A stretch of 64,000 bases of DNA from Lama guanicoe (GCA_013239625.1 MU053934.1:7459352-7523351), one strand, 5' to 3'. Shown: positions 25,781 to 37,200, counted from the stretch's first letter. Numbers and translations are program-made. Notes: generated by a model from the letters alone, not told the origin.

Positions 25781-26846
25781 AACTTCCACAATCAGAGAGG
25801 TGGGACTGCAGGGGAAGCCGATTGTCACCCATTTCCTCGGCCCCTCCTAGGCCTGGTGCAGAGTCCCCCGATCTGCTCCCCTACCTCTGCCTCCCAAGCC
25901 CGGGATGAGGGTAGCTGTATCCTCGGTGCCTCCCTCCTCACCTCCCTGACCCTACTCCAGGATCTGGTTCAGCACTGCTCGCTCTAGTTAGAAAAAGTAA
26001 GTACGGAGGCCCTGCTCTGCATCTGCTTACCCACCTGCTTGATGTCGACTCACCTCAGCCTGCTTCCCACCATCATCTAGCTGGTAAGGGTGCAGGGCAC
26101 CTGGGGGCCCAGTTCCTGGTCCTGCCCTGCTCTGGAGCTCTGGTGTCAGGCAGCAGTGCCCACTTCTCCGATAAATGAGGCCGTGGGGCCTGGGCCCTCT
26201 TGGGACTCAGCCCACCAGCGGCTCTTACGTTCCTGTCACCCACCGCTAGCCAGCTTTTCAGAAAGCCCACAGCACTGACTCACCCCTTTGTGCAGGGGAG
26301 TAGACACGCCTGGTTGCTGGTGCCTCTAAGCACACGCCTTGGAGGTTTCCAATCCTTCCCAGGCCAACCCAGGCGGCCAACGTCAATGAGACAGCCCTGT
26401 GCAGGGAACTTGCAGAGAGCCAGGCTTCCAGCTACACCTGTCCTTCCCAGCATGGACTTGGGGGTTCCCTGAGCCCTGTCGGCCAGCCCATGACCTCTTC
26501 TGCTCCTCAGACCCTCACTGGGGAAGGCCTCAAGCCTACTCACCAGCATGCAAGGCCACATCCCTCCCCCCGCCCCACACAGACCTCTCTCCTCTCTAGA
26601 TGCCTGGGTTCTAAGTGACCTCTATGGGACCTTCAGGCTCCGACCTCCATGGTCCTATGACCCTGACACTTAAGATGGCCCACATGGCCAAGACCTCTGG
26701 GCTAAGCTCAGCTGCGCAGGGTAGTGTGTGAACTTGGGCACCCCAGCGAGCCTCAGTTTCCGCCTCTGAGACGTGGGAAATATACCACAAAGAAGGCTGT
26801 GACAACCCCTGGCGACGCTACAGCTGTGGTCCAGAGGCCTGGGCAG

Positions 26847-26866
26847 CTGCTGCCACCTAGGGGCCA
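26847..26866 (-). promoter_or_regulatory. Candidate CTCF site
   Basis: Minus strand reads TGGCCCCTAGGTGGCAGCAG, close to the CTCF core CCACTAGGTGGCAG. Motif evidence only. Confidence 0.4.
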
Positions 26867-27699
26867 GCAACCCCAGAGCTGTGGCACCAACCGAGGGCCA
26901 GAGGAATGAGCGCATGAGGAGACAAGACTGCTCTTCTGCTCTGAAGACCAAACAAGGTTGAAGAGCAGTTATTTTCTTTTCCTCCTTCCTTTTCCTCACC
27001 ATGCCCAGGGTCAGCCACCCAGCAGGCCTCCGGGCCACGCGGAGTGGCCCCAGGTGTTTCTGGGCAAGCCTCTCTAGAGGGTAGATCTAGCCCAGGGACA
27101 GTGCTCAGAGGGCAGCTGACCTCACACGGACCCCCCGAGGCAAGTGGGAGCCTCAGAGGGGACCAGGGAAAGTGGGCTGCAGTTGCCAGCCCAGCGGGCT
27201 TGGGCTAGGCTCATTCACAAATGTGGGGAGCCTTGAGGTCAGAGTGGCTGAGTGAGTCTTGCTTTTAGCTGGTCTGCCAGATGACCTCAACCAGTCCTCC
27301 CTTCTCTGGGTAGTAGATTTCCCAACTCAAAAGGGGAGTGGCGTGGGCCGGATGCCCCGAGACCCCATGGTCCTGAATCTAGATGTGGCTCTTTCCCCCG
27401 GACGTGGCTCCTGTCCGAGGCAAGGAGATGGGTAAGGACTGTGCTGCCCAAATCCCTGCTCTACATCAACACCCTCTTTGCTTCTGTGTCTCAGTGTTGC
27501 TTTGCTGACCCTGGGATCCTAACTGCAAACGAGGCGTTACTGCGCGGAGAAGGGTCACAGCACATGTCTCCTCCCACGCAGAGGCCACTAGCACTGGCTC
27601 TGGGTTCTCTGCTACAAACACACAGACAAGGAAACACACATGCTCGATGAAGGGCACAAACTTAAAAAAAGAAAAAGTGAGTCCACGTCTGGAATGGAG

Positions 27700-27901
27700 C
27701 CCTCCACACTCACATGTGGCACGCACGACTGCACACACGTGGGCGCACCCCACAGACACGCAGCCCCCACGCACACTCACCCCACACGCCAGCACAGCGC
27801 TCACAACCTGCCACAGCAGCATGCACACAGATGCCCCCCACGCCGGCACACACCACACACGTGCACACACGCGCACACACGCGCACACACACGAACAAAG
27901 G
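27700..27901. repeat. Degenerate (CA)n low-complexity tract (UG-rich on the SCUBE1 pre-mRNA) running into an assembly gap
   Basis: ...cacacaccacacacgtgcacacacgcgcacacacgcgcacacacacg... Confidence 0.85.
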
Positions 27902-28129
27902 NNNNNNNNNNNNNNNNNNNNNNNNNNNNNNNNNNNNNNNNNNNNNNNNNNNNNNNNNNNNNNNNNNNNNNNNNNNNNNNNNNNNNNNNNNNNNNNNNNN
28001 NNNNNNNNNNNNNNNNNNNNNNNNNNNNNNNNNNNNNNNNNNNNNNNNNNNNNNNNNNNNNNNNNNNNNNNNNNNNNNNNNNNNNNNNNNNNNNNNNNNN
28101 NNNNNNNNNNNNNNNNNNNNNNNNNNNNN
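27902..28129. other. Assembly gap (228 N)
   Basis: Run of N. Confidence 1.
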
Positions 28130-30604
28130 AACACAGCAAGCCGGGCCAGCGCGGCGTCCTCGCCAAGGGGCTAATCCCAGGAACCTCCAAGGTGGTGTGT
28201 TCAGGGCAGAGCAAAGAGGCAGCAGGGTGGGCGGGGGAGGGGCAGGCAGACAAGGGGATGACCACAGAAGGACAGGGGGCCCATCTGCAAGCAAACACAG
28301 GAGGAGGCTGAGGTCAGAGGGGACGGGACCCGTCTGCGGAGGGCCGCAGGGGCAGACAGCACCACCACGGAGATCACGGAGACACAGGCAATTACAGACA
28401 CCCCGGCTCACGCTGGAGAGGTAGGCACAGGACAAGGCACAGGGCAAGGGGACAGGGCCATGAGGTCCGGTGATGGATGTGCCTGGACAGCAGACGCCCT
28501 GTCTCAAGGGCGTGACAGTGTGTCAAACACTCATGCAAGATTAAGAACAAGACATACGGAGGAGCAAATACATACGCACAACAAAGGATTGAATCGAACA
28601 GACACAGAAAAACCAGGGGGTCGATATGGGCAGCGCTGGTTGCCTGCTTGTCTATGGAGGACTGGAGTGAGACATTCAAGTGCTCAAGGAGGGGCTGCAG
28701 AAAGGGGCCCGCCGTTTTGGGAGCGTGCAGAGAGACAGACGGCCGGGCCAGGCAGGGAGCGCCTAGATGCTCCCGTGCAGAAGCATGTGAGGTTAGCTGG
28801 TTCCTGTTTCTTTGCTCAGTGGGAGATGTGGGGAGACACTCGCCCCCGGGGGAGCCCCGGGAGCAGTGAGCAAAGGCAGATGAAAGGTTCTCTGGGCCAG
28901 CAGGGAACAACGGCCCAGGAGCTGGGTCTGGAAAAGGATTTCTAAGGAGAGGGGAGGGAAAGGGGAGGGTGAAGGGAGGTACGTTAGAGTATTTCCAAGC
29001 AGGGACCTTCACATGCAGCAGACACTAAAAGATAAAGAAAAAAAAAAAAGAAAGGATGAGCCAGGTGGACAAAGACAAGATGTGTTAGACGAGGCTGGGT
29101 GTGTGTCTGGCCGGCAGCTGTTTGCGCTGGTCTGGGGCCGGCAGAGGCGGCCCCCTGCAGACACAAACACTGTGGGAGACCCCAGCAGACGAGACAGGAA
29201 GGGGGCCGGTGGGCCGGGAGAGCCCCCAGGAGGACAGCGGAGACAGGGAGAGAGGCGGGAGAGGAGGTTCTAGATGGGATCAGGCTGCAATAGAGACACC
29301 GGTCTGAGACCAGGTTTTGCTTTGAATTTATTTTTGGTTGTTTGGTTTGGTTTGGCTTTTGGCTCTGAAAATAATTAATGAACGTCAGTTATCAGACAAG
29401 ACAGGCAATCAGGGACCATCACCAGAAAAGCAGGAAGAATGAGATAAAATGAAACCAAAAACGGCTGTCTGAGAGGAGAGACCACACAGAGGAAGGGAGA
29501 ACCACGCAGGCAGCAGCCCCTGGGAGACAGTCGGGACTAGGACGGGACCCCTTCGGCCCGACTCCCTGGGGGACAAGGCAGCAGAGTCACGGGGGACAGA
29601 ATGCGACAGCAGACTCTGGGCTTCATGGCTTCGCTTGCTTACCAACCCCTTTTCTGCTACTTGAAAATCCCTCAAGAAGTATCTTCTGAGTCAATAATAA
29701 AATGGGGATGTTTTTTGGAAAAAAAAAAAAAAGAGAACATGGTAACCATCCTGCTGTGGGTTTCTAAAGTTTGCTACCGTTGAAGAGAAAGAAGAGGTTG
29801 AACTCTGGCACCAACTCTGAAATTCCTCTTCTTCTCAGTTAAAAAAATTTGCTGTTATTTTTGAGTCGGGAAAGAACTTACTAGTGATTATGACGTGAGA
29901 TAATCACAAATATTCAAGCTTCCCCTTGGAAGTAAGGACCAGGAGGAAGGAGGAGACCAGGCCTCAGGTCAAGACGCCCCGTAACAGGTGAGGCCACGGG
30001 CTGAGAAAAGGGGCTCTGGGAGGGAGAGGAGGTCCGGCAAGAGGCCCCGATGGCCTGGGGTTCGAAAGCAGCTAAAAACACGGGGAGTCACCCTGGGGCT
30101 CACAGCAGCTGCCTCCCCTGGCGTCCCAGACCATGAAGAATTAAAGCAGTTTTCTGAGGACACCTCTCAGGTTTCCAGACAGCTATGGGCAGCTCGCACC
30201 ATGAAAGGGGCTGTTATGCAGGTTAAGTGAGTCTTTGGTGAGTCTCCCTATTGGGGGAGGAAACTTCTGGGCTTCAGGAGCAGAAGCTGCCCTCCAAAGG
30301 TGCATATACCTTCCTCCTCCCCACAGGACGCCTGCTGGGGACCACCCCCATATCGAGGACGAGGACCCTCAGAAAACCGGCTGTGACACAAAGCAGAGGC
30401 GCTTGGTCCTGGGTGGCTCAACCACCCTGGATAAGTGTCCACAGAGAGCTCCCGCGGGGGCACCTGCCAGCCCCACCAGTACCGTGGGTGCTGCTTTTCC
30501 TGTTTCCCCTAAGCTTCCTCCTTGGAAACCAGGATGCAGTGGGCTGCTGGCCACCTTGGGGCCACGCAGGCTCCCCGTGGGGCAGGGTGGCACAGGGTAC
30601 TTAC

Positions 30605-30721
30605 CGATGCAAGTCCGACCGTCTGAGTGGAGGGCGTACTTCTGGTGGCAGCCGCACATGGGGCCTGTGTCCGTGTCCTCACAGCTGTGCTGGCAGCCTC
30701 CGTTTCCATAGTTACAGGTTA
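30605..30721 (-). CDS. SCUBE1: SCUBE1 exon 6 (EGF-like 5), 117 nt
   Basis: Acceptor ggcctaactag|TAACCTGTAAC and donor TGCATCG|gtaagt. Encodes (L)[38 protein letters not shown]. Confidence 0.96.
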
Positions 30722-33700
30722 CTAGTTAGGCCCAAAGTGTACATATGTGCGTATAAACAGAACGACAACAAAAGCGATTAGTCTATTGCCGTTGGTTGGT
30801 TCTCTTAAAGGATGGGGGAGGAAAGCAAGGGCAGGAGATGGTCAGTGCAGAGGCACACGTCTCCCTGGACATCAGCCCCTCCAGGGTCTTGGATGGCTCA
30901 GTCCCTAGAGGCGAACTGGGGTGGGGCAGAGCATGGATTTGGGGTCATCTGTGCTTCAAACAGTGCTGACACACAGCTGAGGCACACAGATGGTGTTAAA
31001 GAAAGGGATACGCTAGATAATTTTATCCTTCCTAGGTTGCAAAAGACACTTTAAAATAGACTGTTTCAATGAGGCAAATGTCTGTTAACACCAGGCATAC
31101 TCTTCAAGGCGGTGGGGAGGGTGGCACTTGTTTCCTCAGCTCCTGCAGCGCTGTCTTTCCTCGACCTGTGTCTTGGGGCACGTGGAAGGACGTCCCCACA
31201 GGTATCCACTCTCTCCAAGTTCAGCAGCCATCTCAATCCCTGTCCACTCTAAGCCCTAATCCTCCCAAGGAAATGTCCAAATAGACAGAACATATGCAAA
31301 TTAGTGTCATCTCAGATGCAGTTTTGAAAATGACCTTTTATTTAAACACGTTACACAGTGTGCAATGCCTATGGCCTGGAGGAGCTGGTGCCCTTCCGCC
31401 CAGAATCTTAAAATGTTTCAAAGCGTCAGCCACCTGGGTTGCTGAAAAGCAGGCTGAGCAAACAGGAACAGTCTGAAGTAGAAAAAATGATAAACTCAAG
31501 TTTATTTGAAAGAAAACACACTGATCTCTCTTGCTGGGGTGAGGGCTATCCACCGCTAAAGGAGATCCAAGATCTCCATGGGAGGGCTCGCTGCCTGCTT
31601 TATTCTGCTAGAAGATGACAGGGTGCCCATTGACTGTATACACGTCGGACACCAGGGCCTCGAGGACAGGGTGTCTTCCTGGAGACCTTAACCATTTGTC
31701 CAGAATCCTATCCATACTCTGAATTTATCTGGCAAAACCCTACTGATGATCAATGATGCAAAAATAAATCTCAGACCAACTATGGTCAGAGGGACAGAAA
31801 ATCCCAAATGGGCAGAGTCTGAATTAGTGAACTTCTATCAGGCTGACCCATGAGCAGGGCTGGTGCCAGAGGGAAATCACTTGGTGGCAACTCCCCAGTG
31901 AAGGATTCCAAGCAATTCAGAACTGAGTTCTGCAGCTCCCTTTTCCAGGGACTCCTTTTACCAAGAGCACAGCACGGCGGCTCCGGGGGCTTCCATCCTG
32001 AGTGGTGCTGCCCTGTCAACCTGGACACACGTGGTCTCCCTGCCGGGTGAGGAGGACGGAGGAGAACAGTCCCAGACACTGTCCTCAGTGACCAGAGGCT
32101 CAAGTGAGCTGCCTTCTCCACAGGGAGCTAATGACCATCCGAAGGAGAGACCCAGCTTCCCAGGTGGCGTTTCAAGGACATGCAAAATGCTTCAGGACAC
32201 ACAGCTGCAGCTTTAACACCAAGCCCTCTGGCCCCTTCTCCACGGAGCGTCTTCTCTCGGCATTCCCGGCTGCCTGGAAGCCTGGAGTCACGTTCTCTCA
32301 TCTCTCTGCACAGGAAGAGCCTCAGGGAAGCCAAGGTTCCTGGGGCTACCGCTTAGCACCGCTCTCCCGAGAGGGGAGAGACCCAGCCAGAGCCCCTCCT
32401 TGGGCTGGACATGGCTGAGAAAAGCCGCACTTCAGAATGGGCAGGGGTGGGCCAGTGAAGAGACAGTTCTTTCCAAGCTCTGGGCTCCAGGAGATGGACC
32501 GCATCCTGCAAGTGACTCTAAGGAGGACACAAGCCTGTCAGAAGCAACTGGAGGAAGGGCCACTTCCTCTTGCTCCGTCTACACAGGCAATCGTGCATCC
32601 CACAGACCACAGGGGCCGACCTGTGGGCACCTGGAGAGCCTACAACTTGTACATGGAAATAAGTGCTAGAGCCCTGAGCTCTGGGAAGACCCAGAGAAGG
32701 ATGGAGAAAACCTCCCTGGCCCTGGAGTGTGTCCCAGGCTCTGGGGGATGGAAGTTTGGGAAGAGTCCCTGTGGTCCCGCTCGCTCATGGTGGCTGGCTA
32801 GGCCAGGCCTCAGCCCCCCATCCAACTCCAGATCTAGGATTTCCTGGGCTCCAAGTACCTCAAGGGCTAGAGGGAAAGGCTCAGAGCTAACTTTATGCTA
32901 ATCCTGGCACATAAACCACACAGAAGAAACCAAAGCTGGCTGGGCGGACAGCCACAGGCACAGTCCCTCTGCAGGACCGCTGCAGGGCTTGGCTGCAGGA
33001 TGGTCCCAGACTCCCTGCACACCTTGGCAACACCCAGCCACCAAGCAGAGAGGGCGGGGCTGCTACTTCCCTCACAGCTAAAGCTCTGGGCCGACTTGGC
33101 TCTCCTCTGTCTGGTTGGGTAGGGGCAGTCCGCTCGCGGAGCTCTGCCTTGTCCCTGACCCCTCAGACCAGGCTGGCCCCTCAGGAGTTGCTCTCTAAGC
33201 AGACTGTCCCCTTGCAACACTCATCGCGGATGGAGTTAAGAGAATGAGGAAGCGAGTCAGCCAGTCCCAGCCACTTCCCGAGGCTTGTAGCTCCCTGCGC
33301 AGGCCTGGGCTCAGGGCCGGCCCCGGCTGGGCATCAGCTAGGCTTGCTGACTGAAGGAACGCGCCCCTCTCCCGGCTGAGCCTGTCAACAAGCCTGCCTG
33401 CTCCACACGTGCTGGTCCTTGGCCCTTGTCCTGAGGAAGCTCAGACTGCCCGACAGGGAGGACTGGGAAAGCTGGAGCCACTCATCTTCTGTTCCGAAGG
33501 TTGCCCAGTGATAGGAGGTTTCTCTGCAGCTGAAGGAATCCATCTGGTGGAGAGGACGGGGGGCCCAGCCGGAGTCTCAGGGCTGAAGCGGTCATTCCCC
33601 AGTCAGCACGTGGGTCCCCAAGACCTTGCGGACTGTCGGAGGAGAGCCTGAGTTGGGAAAGGCGTGGCAGGTGCCCAGGGGAACTGAGGACAACTGACAG

Positions 33701-34785
33701 AACCTCAGTGCCTCAGGATGATGGGCCGGCGAGGGCCAGCTGTCTTCTCCACAGAATGAAGGCCGGAAGAAAGGCCATCTCCTTAGGGGAGCTGGTCAGC
33801 CTCAGTCTCCCAGCTCAGTGGCGAGGTTGGTACCACTCTCTCTGTTGGGAGTTGGAGTCAGACTCCACCACATCATTGTTCTGCAGCAGAAAGCAGGCCT
33901 GGTATGAAGTGCTTGTCTCTGGCAGAGATGGGCAGTGCTCACACCAGCCTCCCTCAGCTCTTCTCAGATACAGGGTGAACATTACATCAATCCAGGCATC
34001 TGGCTACCCAGTGAGCAGAGGCACATCCTACCATGCCCCGTGCAGTGCTGGTAGGCACTGGGTCCGAAGCTACCGAGGACTAGCGGAGTGTGTTCTGCCC
34101 CATCCTACTTCATTTGCTGCCTCCCACTCCTGCTGGGGAGCTGGGTGACTACATTAAGGGGCTGGATTACACGAGTCTTGCAGGTTGACTTCCAAGCTGG
34201 TCCTGAAATGGTACCTTTGGCCAGAGGCGTCATTCCATCCAAATCTCTCAGCGTATCATTCATAGTGGGCCTTGCAGGGCTATACTCTGAGCTCTGATCT
34301 TTGATTCTGGAAATAAGCTCAGCACAGCCTGCGCTGGGACCTCCCAGAACCAAGCTCCTTGCCTTCTTTATCCCACCCTGCTGCCCAGGGCTGCCCTGGC
34401 CCACTGAGAGCCCAGAGCCCCTCCACTCCTGCTGGAGAGCTTGAGCTCAGGAACAGTGGGTCTCCGGGGCCAGTGGTGGCAGGGGAGGGTTTCAAGAAGC
34501 ACTAGTGGGGAGACCATACAGGGCCCTCCATAAGATCCAGCCCAGCTCTGGGGCTGTGTCTGCAGTGTTGTGCCAGGTGGGGAAACCCAAGCCTGGGGCT
34601 TACGGCCCCGACCCTCAGGCCTCCCCAGGCCCCTTCAGAGGCCCTGCCCTTCTCTCCACCCCGAGGGACTGAGCGCCCTCCCTGGGCAACGTCCAACAGA
34701 CTGGACAGGACCCTGCCCTCCCCTCCCCAAAGCAATGGCAGGAGACGCGTGGGGATGTCTGACCCATTTGCCTCCATCTACCTAC

Positions 34786-34911
34786 GTGTGCAGTCCTTCT
34801 GGTTTTGGGCAAGGTCAAAGCCGGGCCTGCAGTCACAGGCCACCCCACCTTTGGGTGTCTCCCGGCAGATGTGGGCACAGCCATGGTCTTTGTTCATGCA
34901 GTTCATACCCT
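34786..34911 (-). CDS. SCUBE1: SCUBE1 exon 5 (EGF-like 4), 126 nt
   Basis: Acceptor tgtctcttcccag|AGGGTATGAAC and donor TGCACAC|gtaggt. Encodes (E)[41 protein letters not shown]. Confidence 0.97.
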
Positions 34912-35859
34912 CTGGGAAGAGACAGACAAGAGAGGGGTTGGGGACCGGGAAGAGAGAAAATTTCAGGCTTAAAAGAGATAAGCAGGGAAATGTCACAATC
35001 AAACGTAGCGTTCTCGGGCTGCCGTTAGCTGGTGCACGGCTTACACACATGGGCGTGTGCCTGTCCATCCCGGAGGAGATCCCTTAGGGAGAAACCAAGG
35101 ATGCACTGTCCAGGTCTAGAGCCAGGCCTTGTTCTGAGGGACCCATGGAGGAGACGCTCCGGACCCGAGTCAGAATACAGGGCACGGGCTACGGAAGGGC
35201 CTTTCAGGGCAGGGCTCTAGACGCCCTGCTGGAGCAGGCGTGGGTGGCATTTTAAGCGATGGCATGTGCAGCACTTTTCAGTTTGTACAGGGATGCCACA
35301 AGACCCCGTGAGACAGGCGGAGGCTTTTGTTTCGGGCTGGGCTCAGAGAGCAGTGTTGGCAGGTCAGGGGGCTGGGTGGGTGGGCAGACACGTCCTGGCC
35401 GGCCTCCAGTGTTGCACCCACACCCGGAGGCCCCGGTGGCCTGCTTAACCACCACTCACTGCATTCCTGCACGAGTCAGACGCCTGGTCCACTGGACCTC
35501 AGGGCAGCAGATGCTCAACCTCACCAGCCCCACGGCTGTGCCCTGAACTAAACACCACCTCCACACACCACCCCCTAACTGCCAGAGGGGTCACTGCAGT
35601 GCTCCCTGGGACCCACAGAACCCCCAGCCCCAGTGCAGAGCCCTGCACGCCCGGGCGCCGGCCCAGCTCCATCGGCGCCCTGAGCGAGCGTCCCTCTGCC
35701 CTCCGAGCCTGCTCCGGGTCCAGGCCACACACGTTACTGTGTTCCGAACCTTAGCCCGAAATTTCTTTTGGTTGGCAGATGCTACTTTTTAAAGCAAAAA
35801 TGTTTGCAAACCTCAGGCACATTTTCCTCTGAGGCCTCAACTTAAAAGGACAGTCAGTG

Positions 35860-35995
35860 GGGGTGGGTATAGCCCTAGTGGTAGAGCCTGTGCTTATTAG
35901 CATGCATGAGGTCCTGGGTTCAATCCCCAGTACCTCCATTAGGGAAAAAAAGTGGTAAAAAAAAAAATAATAAAGTAAACTTAAAAAAAAAAAAG
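35860..35995 (+). mobile_element. tRNA-derived SINE (camelid Vic-1-like), full length, with A-rich tail and target-site duplication
   Basis: A-box-like tagccctagtggtagagc, B-box ggttcaatccc and an A-rich tail. TSD aaaggacagtcagtg (35845-35859) / aaagggcagtcagtg (35996-36010). An L1 endonuclease-type tt/aaaa site lies at the 5' junction. Family name is from recall. Confidence 0.88.
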
Positions 35996-37025
35996 AAAGG
36001 GCAGTCAGTGACTGACCTCCCTGCTGGCTGGGAAACTTCAGAAATGGGAGACTGCCACAGAGGGCAGGGATGGGCCACCCGCTGCCTGCTCCAGTGCCCC
36101 TACCCTCCAGTTGCAGTGGGCTTTTTTTATCTGGAGCCTCGTCCACATTGGCCCAGCCAGGCAGGCCCTTCCAGATCGTCTTCCTGGCCACACCCTGCCC
36201 AGTCAGTGCGGGGCCAAGAATTTCGCCAAAATTTACCCTGAGGGTACTGGTGTGACGGGGGTGGGGGGGGTGGGGGAACAGGGCTCCCTGGGGTGGGCAA
36301 CATTTGACCCCTCACCCTTAGTTCCTGGGATATCTCCTCATCCCAGAAGACTTGATCTCCCATCCCTGATTGCCTGGAGCTGCTTGGAACCCCCTTCAGT
36401 TGACCCCAGTTGATGTTTATCTTCCTGGTGATTTGTGAGGAGTTTCCAGAATTTATGAGGTCATGGGTCAAGTGAGAGGTTATAGGTCACAAGTCCATCA
36501 AGAGGCTAAATGTAGATGAAAGAGGAGCTGCTGTCCACCCACACGGCCCTGAGACCTCCTTCCCCAGGTGACTCACTGGCCTCCTGTTCAAGGTGAGGAC
36601 TAGTTCAACCCTGACCCCGGCCACTTTAAGCACGGCCATGGGGAAACTGAGAAGTGACAGACATTTAACAATGCAAACCCCCTGGCAGCTACAATAAAGA
36701 TGAGGAAAAAAGTCTCAAGTTGAGTAAAACAAACAAAAAAATCGGAATGAATGAAGCATGCATTTTGCTCAGCACACTGACCTCTGGTTTCACCTGATTT
36801 TACTACTCTTACCATTCTTTCACCTTGATTTTCTCACATATGCAAATCAAACTGTCAGACTGAGGCAGACTAAGACCAGCTAACCAACAGCTGAATAAGT
36901 GAAGCACTTCAACGTCATGGCTCCTCACGGGAAGCTACAGGTTCACATGGAGAGACCAATCCTGTCCTCTTACTAAATTCCAAAATAGCACGTACACATG
37001 ACTGGCAGATGTTGTGGGGGAAAGA

Positions 37026-37200
37026 CAGTGGTGTGCTGATCAATGTTTAACAGCTGGTGGGGGTGGGGATTGAGGCTTGGGTCGGGGGCTGATCTGCAGC
37101 ATTTGCCAGTTTCTGTGGTGTACATGCTCCGACCACGGCTAACTCCAGAGAGACGTCACTGAAGGTGGAGCTGGGGAGAATGCGCACAGTGGGCTCTCGC
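37026..37200 (-). mobile_element. hAT DNA transposon fossil (MER63A-like)
   Basis: Starts cagtggtgtgctgatcaatgtttaaca and contains gcatttgccagtttctgtggtgta and acgtcactgaaggtggagctggggagaatgcgcacagtgggctctcgc. This resembles the recalled MER63A consensus in reverse. Confidence 0.65.

Noticed and set aside
27466-28507. Long ORFs spanning the N gaps (also 47158-47816)
   Set aside because: They are artefacts of translating through N.
29270-29305. 'DQAAIET' resembling the start of the recalled mouse linker exon (DEAAIER)
   Set aside because: It is on the + strand, antisense to SCUBE1, and has no splice sites; coincidence.
35860-35935. tRNA-like sequence
   Set aside because: It has an A-rich tail and TSD and no complete cloverleaf, so it is a SINE head and not a tRNA gene.
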